A stretch of 60,089 bases of DNA, the filler included, from Sluysia triapertura (Eukaryota), in NCBI GenBank assembly GCA_046118255.1. It is 4 parts of 4 records of this genome, joined end to end, with 100 filler letters (N's around TTAATTAATTAA, not from the genome) between each part and the next. Parts side by side here need not be neighbours in the genome. Positions count along the whole stretch, not along the records: positions 23,137 to 38,041 come from JBJNIA010244543.1; positions 38,142 to 60,089 come from JBJNIA010239549.1; 2 more parts are not named here. One strand, 5' to 3'. Numbering within the stretch: position 1 is the stretch's first letter; every line of letters begins with the position of its first letter. The position numbers and the translations under genes are program-made. The notes beneath the pieces are model-generated. The model was not told the DNA's origin. It was given only the letters and a program-made list of their open reading frames with translations, and searched no databases. Positions 27,521 through 41,545 of this stretch are shown here, one piece after another.

Positions 27521-28850
27521 GATTAGTATTTCTTATCTGAGTCCTCTATGACACAGGGCCAGCGCATAGATGTCAGCGTCGAAAGAAATAAATATGGAAA
27601 TAATGGAGGTCAGTAATATGTATATTTACTTTCAGCTAATTATGATGAGTTTTTAAATGTAATTTTTATTTCTGATCTAAAATGATCTTCTTTAAAGTAA
27701 TTCTTTAATGTAATTCTACCAAAAATGTTCAACAATAATTTAATAGTTAGCGCGTAAGTTTCCTTAATTTTATCAACAAATTTTGATGTAATTCACTAAT
27801 AACTGGAAGGATATATATATTTAAAGAAAAAACGATAAAATTAGTATTGTGGAGATTTTGCGATAAGAAAATAAAGATGCTTTTATTTTACTTAGTTTAT
27901 CTTTTTGCTTGTGAATTCTCTATGATACTGGACTTACTCACTGAAGGGCCAGCTCATAGATTTGCAGCGTCAAGAAAAGAGATTAAAACTGGAGGTAAAT
28001 ACATATGATTGGTTTTTAGGTACAACAATTATTATTATTTTAATGATAAGAAATAACTTTTCAAATACCTTTATTAACCACAAGACAAATATTGATATTG
28101 CACTTAATCAAATGATATTAAAAATTACAAAGTAAATGTTAATAATCAATAGTATAATTGATTAAAATAAAATGAAATGATATTACAAGATTTATTTATA
28201 AAAACTGTATTATTATATTACTTTGTATTCCTAGAGCACAAACTTTAAAGTCACAAAATGTTAATATTAGTAATGTTAAATATTCAATCAATTAATATCC
28301 ACAATCAAATATACAAAATTAAAAATTCAATTAAAATATTAGGTATCAAATATACAGAATTAAAAGATTAAAAATTCAATCAATATTAATCTATAATTAA
28401 TATTTTAGTATAAAATTTTTCTTTTTATAATAATTTATATTGTATTAAATTCTACCAGAATTTAATTAAATTTAAGTATCTTTTATTATATAATTAAAAT
28501 TTTCCTAATAAAAGAAAACTAACGATTACAAAATTAATAGTCGCTTTAAATAAATTTCCAAACAAACGAAATATTCTTCTTTTATTCTTTAAATTTAAGC
28601 TATCACGAGAGAATTCTTCTTTAAAGCAAATAATAACTTTTATAACTATTTTCTTTAAAACAAATAATGACTGCGTTTTCTAAATTGAAACAACTGTAAC
28701 TGTTTTCTAAATTTTAAACCACTGAGTTTTTTAAACTTTGAAAACTCTATTTATAGAACGTTTTACGTCATAATAATGAATTTAAACAAATTTTTAATAA
28801 TAATAATAGTACTTAATAATTTTATTTTTTATAATATTAATAATAATAAT

Positions 28851-30630
28851 TGTGGTGGCCAACCCAATAATTTGAAAATTTATAACGTAATTTAACATCA
28901 AAATCATATTCAACATTGAAAACCATTAAACACACACTTAGAAATTAATTTTACACATTTTAAATTTAGTCCAACATATCGCACATTACGTAACTTCCTA
29001 ATTATTTTCCATCAAAGCCTTTTTTTCATATTTTATCTCTTCAGATGCACCAAAACCATTTTCATACCTTAAAACATTTTTTAATTGTCAATCTGTCAAC
29101 ATCTAAATCATAATTATATTCAAAACCGTTACTTTACAATACAAAGTTCACTTCAAACATTCTTTATTTACAAAGTTATAACATCAAAATCACTTCTACA
29201 TTCAAAAACATCATTACACATTAAATTTTATTCAACACATTTTCAAGTCACAACCTTCCAACATCCAAAGTTTTCTTTCATTTAAAATCGTTTTAAATTC
29301 ATGTTTCATTTCAGTTAAGAATAATAAGTATTAAGCGAAAAATATTATTGTTTAGAAACAGAAGAACTAAAAGAAAGATCATGTTTTTATGATTTTGAAA
29401 GAATTTATGTTTTCGTTATTTTATTTTATCTAACTTTATTAATTATTACTATTATTATTTGAATCATTTTTATTGTTATTATTTAGTCTCATTATCATTA
29501 ACTTTAACAGTAAACACATCCTAGTAACTGACAGTGGTTGACAGTCAATTAAACAAAACTATGAAAATTGTATGGTATGCCACAATCTTGTTATTACTAT
29601 TTCTGTGCTTTCATTGGTTGTCCAACCAGAACAACCAATGGTGGTTGCTCAGTGAACAGTGTAAGAATAAATCAGCACACACTGATATTACATCGAGACC
29701 TGTGATTGTGCATACAGGAATTTTGAGTGTGAGAAAGAACATAAAAATTTAATTTGATATTGAGATAAAATTTTTTCATAAATAACATTGACTAAAAGAT
29801 AAAAAAGAAATTAATAATTTTCATTCATTTTATTTTGACAGCGTTTCGGAATATTAATATTAACATAGTTATACTATTGGGGAAGGTGAAAAAGAAGTAC
29901 TAAATATCTTCTGTTTTGAAGGTCTTTCTAAGTTGTGTGATATTTTGCCAACATTTACTCAATCATTAAAAGGATTAGCTGACGTAGAACGTATTGAAAT
30001 ATCTACTGATGCATTGAATGAATTTTTCTCAACAGATAGCGATAATATAGTATTTTGTCCAAACTGGTACAGAGTTGATATGTCCAAAAAGAAAGATCAA
30101 ATTTTCGAGATCATGTGCTGAACAAATTTCACTAAAAATATTTATATGCCATTTACGTTCAACGAAATAGTTTTGATATTACTAGAAGAAGTGAAACATT
30201 AGAAAACGAGCTGAGTTTATGCAAAAATCCTTTATTGTATTTGTCACACAATTATGTAAATAGAATTAAAATGTTTAAGTTTCAAATAAACAAGCTAATA
30301 AAATATAAATGAATCTAAGTTTAGAAATGTGGTATACCTATATTTAGAGTGTTAATTGATGATTCGACAATTAATATTACTAAACATAATATGTCTGATA
30401 GATCGTGTAAAGCATTTATGAATGGTATCATTTCCTTAAATGATAAAGATGACGAATTCTTCATCAAAATTATATCTGAACAAAACATTAGTTTCAAAAA
30501 CATGGCTTCATCAACTTATATCTGCCAATTAAATTTAATGTTTACGTTGAACAAATCCTTTATAATAAAGCACGAATTGATAAAGATATATCTGGAGATG
30601 AAACAAAACTATTGTAAAGCAATTTAATAT
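28851..30630 (+). mobile_element. Cassette family copy B with decayed unknown cargo
   Basis: Starts TGTGGTGGCCAACC; G-poor arm to ~29300; AGAAAGATCATG at 29372-29383; CATTGGTTGT...ACAACCAATG inverted repeat at 29612-29640; broken ORFs at 29840-30627. Confidence 0.75.
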
Positions 30631-30653
30631 GAAGCTTATCAATCTATTAGTAG

Positions 30654-30759
30654 TGTGGTGGCCAACTTACTAACCTTAATAAATTTTACAAAAATCCTAC
30701 CTAAAACATATCAAAATCTCATAAATCTTCAAAATATACACTACATATTTTTCAATCGA
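30654..30759 (+). mobile_element. Cassette family 5' stub (second TGTGGTGGCCAAC plus start of arm) directly after copy B
   Basis: Exact 13-nt terminal motif followed by C/A-rich sequence; interrupted by the TTAA MITE. Confidence 0.6.
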
Positions 30760-30763
30760 TTAA

Positions 30764-30997
30764 CCCTTTCAGCCCCGGGACCGCCATATGGTGTCAATGG
30801 CGATTTTTTCTCTTACACAACTGCTACGCAAGATCCTACGAAAGTATTTTTCAATAGATATTTATGTTTGAACTTTGACCCATATATTTTTACTTTACGT
30901 CAATATTTACAATTTTCATACATTTTTCCTAAATCATCATCTATAAAGACAATAAATCACCATATATCTAAAGGAAAAAAATTCAGGGCTGAAAGGG
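30764..30997. mobile_element. piggyBac-like MITE
   Basis: TIR CCCTTTCAGCCC ... GGGCTGAAAGGG with TTAA on both sides (30760-63, 30998-31001). Confidence 0.85.
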
Positions 30998-33900
30998 TTA
31001 ATTAAGAAATATTTCCTGCGTCCAGAAATTGGAAGCTTAGTGAGAAAGAAAAACTTTATTCAATTCAGAAAAAGGTTTCCTCAAAAGGATAGTTATCTTA
31101 TATTTTAAAAAAATCGAAACCGGACGGAGAGAATATTTAAATATGATATAATTGTATTTCTTAATTATATTTCTTATTTGTTTCATAAAATAATCGATAG
31201 TATTAGTCAAAAATTTAATTTTTCGACACAATAAAAAGCCAAACTTTAATATTTAGGACGGTAGGCAGTAAAAAGTATAAAGCTTGAATTGCCCACATAT
31301 TTTTCCAAATATTTAATAAAAAGTGATAAAAATTTCTTAGCACATTTATTTGTAATTCTAATTTATTATATAATATTGCATGAAATTTCAAAAAAAAATG
31401 AATTTCCAATATCCGTTCTATTAGTATTTTCATTTTCATTTAGAAATACGAAAAATGAAAATTAATAATATTCTAATTTTTACTAAAAGTACATTATTGT
31501 GTTGAACCTAGTATGATTAATAATAGAAAAAAAAACGAAAAATAAAATAAAATTTCTTCAGCAAATAGAAAATAACCAGGGTATTAAAATTACAAAAAAA
31601 AGAAACTAAGATAAATAAACGACGTGTAATAAATTCAAATTGTATACTACTTTCAACTATAAAGTTGCCCACTTAGTATTGTAGTAATGTGGCACACAAT
31701 GACAAGTGAAATTACTAGTAATATAATACATTAAACTTTAGTACTGGTTCATTTTTAAAAAGAAAATCTATTTATATAGAAAATACACGCTTACAAAATC
31801 ACAATTGCTAATATCTGACGTACTAATTGACACAATTGCAGTAAAGTTTACGGTGCATATTTATAAATTACACTTCATTTCCATTCGTCGTTGTCTCTGT
31901 AATGACTTACATTGTGAAAATTATGTCTTTATAAACTATGGTGTAAACTGTTGTGTATTGTGAAATGCAGACCCAGTCATATGAGAATTATTTAAATATT
32001 ATGTATACTTAATTAAAGATATAATGATTATAATATTAAATAGTAATTAATAAAATTAAAATGTTACACTATTTTCTATTTTTAAACACATTTAAATGAC
32101 AAATATAAATGACTGCTTTAGTTCTGATTTTTGCTTAAATATAAGTACAAAAATAGGAAATTAAAGTTGTGTGTTAATAAATAAATCAAAAATAATTGGA
32201 TTTACTAAATACTTAGATGTGAAATTAAAGATAATTAATGTGGAATTATATTTAGAAGGAAGAGAAATCTATTTACAAAATTTAAAAATCTAGAAATTAA
32301 ATTTACTACTCATAAATTGCAATTTTATATGCATTACTAATGTCGATATGCCAACGTTAATAAGTTAAACATTTAAATAGAAATTATATTAAAACAAACA
32401 AAATATCAAAAAGATTTTCTCTTTAAATAACTATAATTGTAAAGAAAATTAAAAAATATCCATTTTGTTATAATTTTTGAAAGTTCATTAAATATTTGAT
32501 TAGTGTTACAAATCACACAGCAATAAAAATATGGATTAAAAAGAAATAACTTTATAACATTATCGTGAGTGATTTGGTTTGATCGTTCCAACTGATGACT
32601 TTATTCTGATTTTGCTAATATTAAATTTATAATCGAACAAAATCGTAAGTGTTATTTTGTTAAGTGTTATTCTTAGATAAAAATTAAGGATTAAATTCTG
32701 ACTTAAATTATTTAATAAATCCAGTATGAAAATCCTAAATAAAAACACTTTTCACTATTAATATTCACTATCTTTTATTTGTGACGAATTATAATCGTTG
32801 TATTTAAAAGTTTCATTGTAATAGATATTTTATTTGTGTTTGTTATTGTTGAATTAGAAAAGAATAACGATAAAGAGCAAGTCTAAAGATATCGTTAAAG
32901 GTTTAACTCATAAAGTTGATACCTCAAATGAGATTTGCTATAATTAAGTAATTGGATAACTCGAGATATAATAGAAAAAGAACATATTACAATAAGACTC
33001 TTTAGACACGTTAAGTGTATATACATATTCAATATAAAAAATCTTGTCATATAAGTTGTTGATTGCAGGTGAACTCAGCATAAAAATATTTTGCAAGCTG
33101 TAGAAAACACAAAATAAATCACTTCTGAACTAAGCATAAACATGTGGAAGGAAACTACATATAATTAACAAATATTAGTGACATTAAGTTTATTGTATGT
33201 TAGGGTCTTATTTCCTATTTTATCATTTTTAAGAATAATAATAATAATTTAATATGGTGTGATTTCGTGCGATATCACACCAGTGGCTGATTTATCATAA
33301 TATATGTTTACTTTAGCAATTTATTTATTGCAATTCATAGTCGCTTTACTTAGACTCTATGTAGATTTTTCTTGCTCTTCCATTAAAAATTTATTTGTCT
33401 ACTTTTTGTTACAAAACTTTCATTGTGTGACTTTATTTTTTGCAGTTGTTGCATTCTTTATTGGCAGCCTTATTTTGTTCAATAATTTTCTGCTATTTTC
33501 CTTTGTCTAATGCTTATTTGTTAATCACTTCATGATTTTTCTGTCTCTCTTTATTAGTCTTTGATCACAATTTTTCTGTACATACACGTATAGTAATATT
33601 GATATACATATATCCAATGATACACATAATTATGAAATTGAACTTACGGGTCCGCCTGTGATGTACGGTTTATATTACGTGAAAGAAGTACTCACAGGAA
33701 AGTTTTTGTAAAGAGTTCCTTATACTTTTGTTATGATTAGAGTCTCAACGTATAGTCAATTAATTATTAAATTATTAAGTTATGGTAGCTTAACAATTCT
33801 CTTAATCTATAATTAATTAATTCTTAAGTCTCAAATCAAAAACTAATCTTTTTATTTAAAATTTATTTTATCTTTCTTTCGATCTCAGTCAAGGGTTAAT

Positions 33901-36900
33901 TAGTTCAAATTTATATCTTTTCAATCAATAATTCGTTAATTTGCAAATTAATCTTTAGATTTCACTTCATTTTTCCCTTAAATAAACTTATACAGTAACT
34001 AAAAAAACAAATGTTTATTAATATAAAATAAATATATAAATTATAATATATAAAGACAAATTAGATTATAAAATATATAAACAAAATCACAAAATTTAAA
34101 TGGAGTTTGACTCCGCCTTGATGCTTGAATTTTCAAAGAGTTTTAGGATTTTACGTCTATTTTAAGGCAAATATTATTGCCGTAAACTTAAAAATAAATA
34201 GCACACTTATGAGACATCAAAATCGCTAGAATATGTCCATTTGTTGTTTAAAATCTGCCGATTATAAATATGAATATTTTTATGATGACACAGTCTTTCC
34301 ACGAAAAGAATGAAATTAAATTAAATTAAATTTTTCTCCGAATAAGGTTTTCGCAATCTAATATGAATCCACAATTAGCGTAACTTTTTTGCACGAAGCC
34401 GATTCACACAGTCATTTATTTATGATTAAGATTTGTAGAGCCGATACGTTTTATTTATATGTTATTCAGTACGCTGTTTATTTTCATTTACATAACATAA
34501 TACATAAATATTTTCGATTTAATATTCCAAAGTTTAAGAATTAATTGAAAATTGAAAAATAATTGACATAATATAATATAAATATTCAAAGTTTTTAAAT
34601 TTTCATATTTTATATATCAAAGTCTAAAATTAATTAATTTTAATTTACGATTTTACATGTTACAATTTTACATATTTTGCTTAATTTAAATTATTTTACT
34701 TAATTTAAATATTTACATTTGAATATTTACATTTAAAATATCTACATTTAAATATTTACATGTCAGTTGGGATTGAGATATAAATAAACACCCTCAATAA
34801 GGTCTTACTCGTGACAAATAATAAAGTACATTTATTAATTAATGTAATTAAAAAGTGATTGATTTAATAATTTTACGAAAAACGACTTTACATGAGAAAA
34901 TAACGTATGAACTAAAGTATAATGTTGTGATTCATTAATATTATTAATTGTGAAGCATGTCGATGTAGGTAACGTAAAAATTAATTATCTTTATTTTCTA
35001 TAATATAAAGTTAAATTTGTATATGTTGTAATGTCCAATTCAGACAGGTTATTGAAATCGACGTGTAACCTAAGGTTAAGGTATGACATACTGTTATTTT
35101 GTTTGTATTTTTTAATATTCTTTAAATTAACAACGATAATTATAAAAGACAAATAAATGAGCCTAAATATCAATATATTATAAGTATATCACAATAAAAA
35201 TCAAATAATTATTAAGTTAATATAATTCAGTCTTTTATAACAATTAATTATTCAATAAAGTAACACTCAATTATAATATTCAATCTCAGGAATTAGACAA
35301 CATATAAAAATGTTAATACTCATAATAAATAAATGATAAAAATTTAAGACTCGACTAACCACAAATAAGTTAGTTATAAATAAAATTTAGTCCGTTTTCT
35401 AAAGATTTGCAGGATTCAATCATTGTTTGCTACTACTGTACTGAGTCAGTCATCTTACAGCAAAAGTATTAAATGTTATAATAATTTTCTTTGTATTTTT
35501 GTGTCAAATGACAAAAAATTGATATTGAGTGGGGAATTTGACTTAATTAATATACATGTCGACAAGACATGCTTAATTCTTAGAGTCGGTTTTATGTCGA
35601 CCAATTTTATTAATCAAATTTCAGTCGAATTTCCATTTTAATATTATCTTGCAATTATCTAAAGATAATGAGTTTTGTGGCAAACAAGCTCTTATTTTTT
35701 GAACAGAGTAAAATTAAAATGTAAGATCATAGTTATAATAATACTTATCAATACAATAATACATTAACTTAAATTGAATATAAATCTAATCAAATATAAA
35801 ACTTATTTTCAATAATAACTTTTGATACAATATTCAACATCTTAACGGTACGTTACACGTCAATTTTTGTAAGATATTTAAAATGATCTCTTAGTGAGCA
35901 TTAATTTAATATATAGTTTTATTATGTATTCTCATTATACTACATAGAAATTTAACTTTATCATAAAATTAATTAAAACTGATGATTTAAGATTTCTACG
36001 TTGACGTGTTTCACACTATCTTTGTGTTCATAACACTGATACATTTCATAATTGAGTTTTACTATGTGATACCAGCTCCTATGCAAACATCGTAAGGAAA
36101 GTTATCGATTAAAAATAATTTTCAAACAACTCTAATGAAAGTAATTGATTAATATACTTATAAAATTTTATAAACTTGTAAAACCTGATAAAATATTGAT
36201 CCCTTTACCTCCAAGCCGCAATATCCTTACAGTCACTTTATTTTCTGACAACTCCAACACTGCATTAAGTTTTAAAATTTTTATAGAAAAGAAATTTGGT
36301 ATTAAATTAATTTTATGTTTAATTTTAAGTAACTTTATGTTTCACTGTGATGATGATGTTAAATTTTGATTTTATTATGTTAATAATCCCATTATCTTTG
36401 GGTAATTACTGGGAGGTGATAAATTGTAATTTGACGGAAATAATCGTCGAAAATTAGTCGGCTTTTAACCGACTCAAAATAATAAGTAGTTACATAAAGT
36501 AATTATTTCAATTCTTTCAATTTCTACTTTCCTCAACGATTATCCAACTATTACATATGCGATCGCATTTTTACTAAATATGCAAATGAAAACTGCTTTG
36601 ACACGGTTATGGTAAACATAGTGACTAAGTCTTAAAGTGCTTAGTTGGAATGGGTTTTTAATACACATTTATTTTTGTTTACTTACGGGTATTAACATTC
36701 CGTGAGTTAATTCTGAGTAATTTATTTATTAACGAATGTATAAAGACTTTGATTTATTTGAGAATATTTATTATCTCTGTAACTAAAGAATAATTGAAAA
36801 TATATCGAGATTTCAGACTAATTTAATTTTGAGTTATTGTTTTTAATTTCCAATAAAGGCTCAACAAAAATATGAAATGTATAAAGGTAAAGAGTGGAGG

Positions 36901-37689
36901 CAGATGACCAACAGTAATGGTATTACGATTTGTAGAAGTTGTTCTTTCCGTAAATAAGTTTTTTTGGAAAGGGATAGGTTGATTTGATTAAAGTTATTGT
37001 ATATAATATGTTTATTATATTATGAGTGGTATATACTGTGATGATGGCATCGTTTAAAGTGGTACCTTGTGTTTGTTATGTAATGAAATCATCGGTAAAG
37101 ATTTGAGCCACCACAAGAATAATCAATGAATAATCTTTTAATTTGTGTTTTGGATTCCATTGATTAAATTTTAAATTACTAATACTACTTAAAACGTGAC
37201 CTTTGTAATTAATACTTCGTAAAAGTTGACGAAATAATTTTTTTGCCCTTATTTATATACGCACAAATTTTTCTATCCATAAACATTAACAAATAAATAA
37301 TAAAATCCTTTATTTTATTTATGAGCGCACTCTGTACGAACTATTGGAATAATACGACCTCTACATAACAGCTCTGTCAGCATTTCAGATTTAGCTAAAT
37401 CATACCAATTAATAACGTTTCTTTTTTGAATTTCGAATTCTAATTGTTGTTTATGATAATAAATCAAATTACCTGACGTGCATATACCGGTATAATCTTC
37501 ACAATGTTTATGATTACAAAGAGAAGCAGTAAAATATTCTTTTAAACATTACACAATCTTACTTTTATCAATTTTCTTTATTTTAACTGATTCAGTCTTT
37601 TTAATATCGTCTAAATAAATCCGTTTACTCCTGTATAATTTCAACATCAAGCTGAAATTGGAAATATAAATTGATAATTGTTGGACAAA

Positions 37690-37900
37690 AACTTCCTCTA
37701 AAATAATTTTAAAATTTCAGAAATTGCCTTAAATTGTCAAACAAAGGCTGCATCTTTTATTTATATTAAAACAATTGATATTTCTGTTTTTTAGTAATCG
37801 AGATAGCTTTGTTTTTTCAACATATTATAAGCCTCAGCAATTTTTGTTTCACTTCTACAAACTTCTACATGAATATATAAAAGCATCTGTGCACCTTAGT
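37690..37900 (-). mobile_element. Possible Penelope-like GIY-YIG C-terminal relic
   Basis: NINKRCSLCLT resembles the KRCxLCLxEK motif at the end of Penelope-like ORFs. Confidence 0.35.
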
Positions 37901-38199
37901 ATAACTGATGATGACCTTCAACTTATTTAATAACTTGTTCACAAATAGCAATTGCTGCTTATTGTTTAAAAGCAAAATTTGAAAGATTTGTAACTCCGTT
38001 AAACGAATTTCTAGCAATTCGTCCCCTTTGCTATATATATANNNNNNNNNNNNNNNNNNNNNNNNNNNNNNNNNNNNNNNNNNNNTTAATTAATTAANNN
38101 NNNNNNNNNNNNNNNNNNNNNNNNNNNNNNNNNNNNNNNNNTGTTTAATAATCTGTGTACATGTGAAGTGTTTTTATGTGATGAAGTGTGATGAATTTT

Positions 38200-41100
38200 G
38201 TGTGATTTCCCTACAAAGATCAAAATAGAATTCATTATTATTATTAATGAGTCTTCACCAAACAAAACCAAAATGACAAAATTAATAATAGCGTTTACAA
38301 TAATAACAAGGATATTAGAATCTCTAAAATAAAACTGCCAGGGGTGACGCAACAGACTAAAAAAATATCAATATCCAGGAAGTTTAAAATATTAATGTTG
38401 GATAACTATTATATCTTAAAAACAAACTGTAAAGTGAGTTTCTTACTAAGTGATAATTAATATCAAAAAATTAATTTAATATTTCAAAATAAAATAGCAA
38501 GTGATATTAAAATCCCTTAAAAATAACAACAAATTTAATATTTTAAAATAAAATGCCTAAGGGAGTCTTTCACTAAATGATATTAAAATCCCTTTAAAAA
38601 TAATAACAAATTTAATATTTTAAGATAAAATTAATTATGGTGTCAGATGTTAATTTGTATGTTTTGTTATTTTGAATTGGACAGCGTAATTTATCAGAGA
38701 TGGCCGTAAGTTTCGTGTTCATAAATATGAGGGGGGCATATTTGTTATTTATTATAAAATCAGTAGTTAGTACACATGAACTTTTATTGTCTGCTAGAAG
38801 TAAAAGATTTAGTCTTTTAAATATTCTCGCATGAGTAATAATAATATTGGATCCTAATCTTAAGTTAAGTATTTTGTAGATATGTTCGTTATTAAATCTT
38901 TTGATATCAATTATTGTATTAAATTTTTTACTTAAAACTCTGAATCTAACATTGTAGAAATTCAAGATATTGTCATTAAGGTTTTCAACTTTAGCAAAAT
39001 TTAAAATAATTTTATAAAAACAACAAGGATAATTATTTATTGAATTGTTAAATGTAAAAATTGAATTAAAGAATATTTTTGGTTTTGTAAATTTTTCCGT
39101 ACATATCGCCTCATTCTGGATCGTGCTTTTGCTAACTTCTAAATTGCAAAGATTATAATAAGCAATATATAAATATATGTTATCACAAATCTGATAATAA
39201 AAGTTCAGTGTAAAAATATTACCTCTTTCAATGTCGAGATGATTAACTTTGTATATGACTGGATTGAGTGGTGCAATTGGCTGTATTAGCTCGATACAGT
39301 CGTAGGAATCAAACGCATCAACCTCTCTATGTACAACAGGCTGTTTGGCAATCAATTCACCACTATACAATGATACTATAACAAGTGTATCGTCTCTAAG
39401 TGTAGATAGTCGTTCTTTCATTATTCGAGGATCATTGAATAGCATTTCATTGAATACATAGTCTTTGTGAGCACGAATTTGTCTTTTAATAAATTGTTGG
39501 GAAGTTAATAACTTTACGTCAAATGTATCGTCTCTACATGTACGAAATTGTCTTTTGATCATTCGCTGAATATCTAATAATGTAACACTAAAAGTTGTAA
39601 ATGAATCGTTACACTTCTTAACCATTACTGATTCATAGTTGTCGTTGTACTTCATAACTCTTGTCTCTAATTTGTTACGATGGAGTAACGTTAAATCAAT
39701 TAGCGTGATAAAGTCAACCAACTTGATAATTTTCATCATTCGAGAATTATTTAATAACACTTCATTGCCTATATAATCTTTATGAGGACGAATTTGTCTT
39801 TTAGTAATTTGTTGGAAAGTTAATAACTTTGCGTCAAATATTTCATCTCCACATGTACAAAATTGTCTTTTGATGACTCGCTGAATATCTAATAATATAA
39901 CACTGAAGGTTGTAAATGAATCATTACACTTCTTAATCATTACTGATTCATGATTGTCGTCGTACTTCATAACTCTTGCCTCTAATTTGTCACGACGGAA
40001 TAATGTTAAATCAATTAGCATAAAAAAATGAACAATCTTGATAATCTTTGATATTTTATAAACAGCTTTGTGCTTTAAGTATCTTATAGCTGAATAGTAA
40101 TCGAACCGTGATAAATAGAACAACGTAATACAATCATGAAACTTGATAAATTTTAATATTTCATGTTTAGTTTTGTACTTTATATTATCAAACGATGATG
40201 AATTGAATAGCATAATGGGATGATCCAACTGAATAAAATTTAACATTTGATGTTTAGTTTTGTAATTAATATATCAAACAATGATGAATTGAATAATATG
40301 ATTGTATCGTCAAACTTTATAATTCACAATGTTTTTGAATTTTTACTACTTGTAATTGTTGATCTCTATCGAAACTATGTGTAGATTCACTAAAAATTGT
40401 AAGGTAGTTAAATTGTGAGTGTTGATTTTTCTGTTTGCTATTTTTAGGTTCACTGTACTCTTGTTTACCCAATCAGAGCGTTGATATTTGCTTTACTTGA
40501 TTTTGTGATTATGCTCTGATTGGGTGGTGGTAATTAGTGCAAAATCAATCCACTGACCATCATCATCAGTAGTGATTTAAAATTAACAATGTACAAAGTG
40601 TCACTACTGATGATGGTGACAACGAGATTTTAATTTATTTGTAAGGTTTAATAGAAATAAAAATAATGGTAATAATGATAATAAAGTACATATTAATGAT
40701 TATAAAATAATAATAACAATAATAAAAGTGATAATAATAATTATAAACTAATAAATATAAAAATACATAAATGTCTTTAAGAAAGAAGTAGACACAATCT
40801 TTTCTTATATCTTTTTTTTACTTCTAAATATTTGAAAACGGAATAAAATGAACGAGACAATTGTACTGTGAAGGAGCAACAACAGTTAAATGAAAGATGT
40901 ATTGTTTGTGGTTGTTTCTTCACAGTATGATTACGAACTTCTTCAGAGCTATTTGAGATTTATTTGAAAATTGTGTTATGGTTATAGTTAAGTGAAATGG
41001 AAAGTGTTAAACGTAATTTATTGAAATTAATTGAAATTTTGTGAATTGAAAACAAGGTCTATGCATTAGATTTAAAATGTTTATTAAAAGGTTTAAGTTT

Positions 41101-41545
41101 AAAATGCTTATTAAAAAGGTTGAAGTTAATTTGATTTTAAATGATGATTTAGAAATAAATTTATATATGTTATAATGTTGTTACAGATGATTGAGGATGA
41201 TGAGTATGGTTGTGTGAAGTAGATTTAGGTCGTTGTTGTTGATTATAGTTTTAGGTGGGGTGGTCTATGTTTCTGAAATGGTGATTAGCATTATTTGAGT
41301 GTTGTTATGTTTGTGATTTATGAGGTTTATGTTGTGATTATGACTTATTTAGTGAAGTATTTAGTGAGTAGATGTTATGAATTGTTTTGAAATAAAAAAA
41401 TGGTTGAGATATAAGTTGGTCTGTTGGTGTTAGTGATGATGTGTTTGTAGAATAAGATTATGACTATTGAAAAAAATATATTTTGATAAAATTAAATTTG
41501 TAATTGTTGAGTTAAGATTTTAGGTGATTGGTGTTGACCATTACA
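38200..41545 (-). mobile_element. Cassette family copy C carrying an intact 544-aa ORF
   Basis: Minus-strand start TGTAATGGTCAAC at 41545; skewed arm at 41000-41530; AGAAAAGATTGTG variant at 40793-40805; two perfect inverted repeats at 40468-40524 and 40561-40615. The 3' end runs towards a gap. Confidence 0.7.
38612..40246 (-). CDS. 544-aa intronless protein of unknown function with a 105-aa internal tandem duplication; C-terminus possibly OB-fold-like
   Basis: ATG start; 1635 nt without a stop in very AT-rich DNA; 315-bp in-frame duplication (~39417-39731 and ~39732-40046). Confidence 0.75.
   Translation of the reverse strand: MLNFIQLDHPIMLFNSSSFDNIKYKTKHEILKFIKFHDCITLFYLSRFDYYSAIRYLKHKAVYKISKIIKIVHFFMLIDLTLFRRDKLEARVMKYDDNHESVMIKKCNDSFTTFSVILLDIQRVIKRQFCTCGDEIFDAKLLTFQQITKRQIRPHKDYIGNEVLLNNSRMMKIIKLVDFITLIDLTLLHRNKLETRVMKYNDNYESVMVKKCNDSFTTFSVTLLDIQRMIKRQFRTCRDDTFDVKLLTSQQFIKRQIRAHKDYVFNEMLFNDPRIMKERLSTLRDDTLVIVSLYSGELIAKQPVVHREVDAFDSYDCIELIQPIAPLNPVIYKVNHLDIERGNIFTLNFYYQICDNIYLYIAYYNLCNLEVSKSTIQNEAICTEKFTKPKIFFNSIFTFNNSINNYPCCFYKIILNFAKVENLNDNILNFYNVRFRVLSKKFNTIIDIKRFNNEHIYKILNLRLGSNIIITHARIFKRLNLLLLADNKSSCVLTTDFIINNKYAPLIFMNTKLTAISDKLRCPIQNNKTYKLTSDTIINFILKY

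Noticed and set aside
28851-30759. Conventional LTR retrotransposon (TG-starting LTR pair)
   Set aside because: The two arms share little beyond 13 nt; no PBS, PPT, gag or pol was recognised.
19770-36300. Scattered Gypsy gag/protease-like snippets (19780 LENFVSELLTLSDIC; 34340-34420 minus DCVNRLRAKSYANC; 36190-36270 minus)
   Set aside because: Too short and isolated to delimit as features; probably old LTR-element debris.
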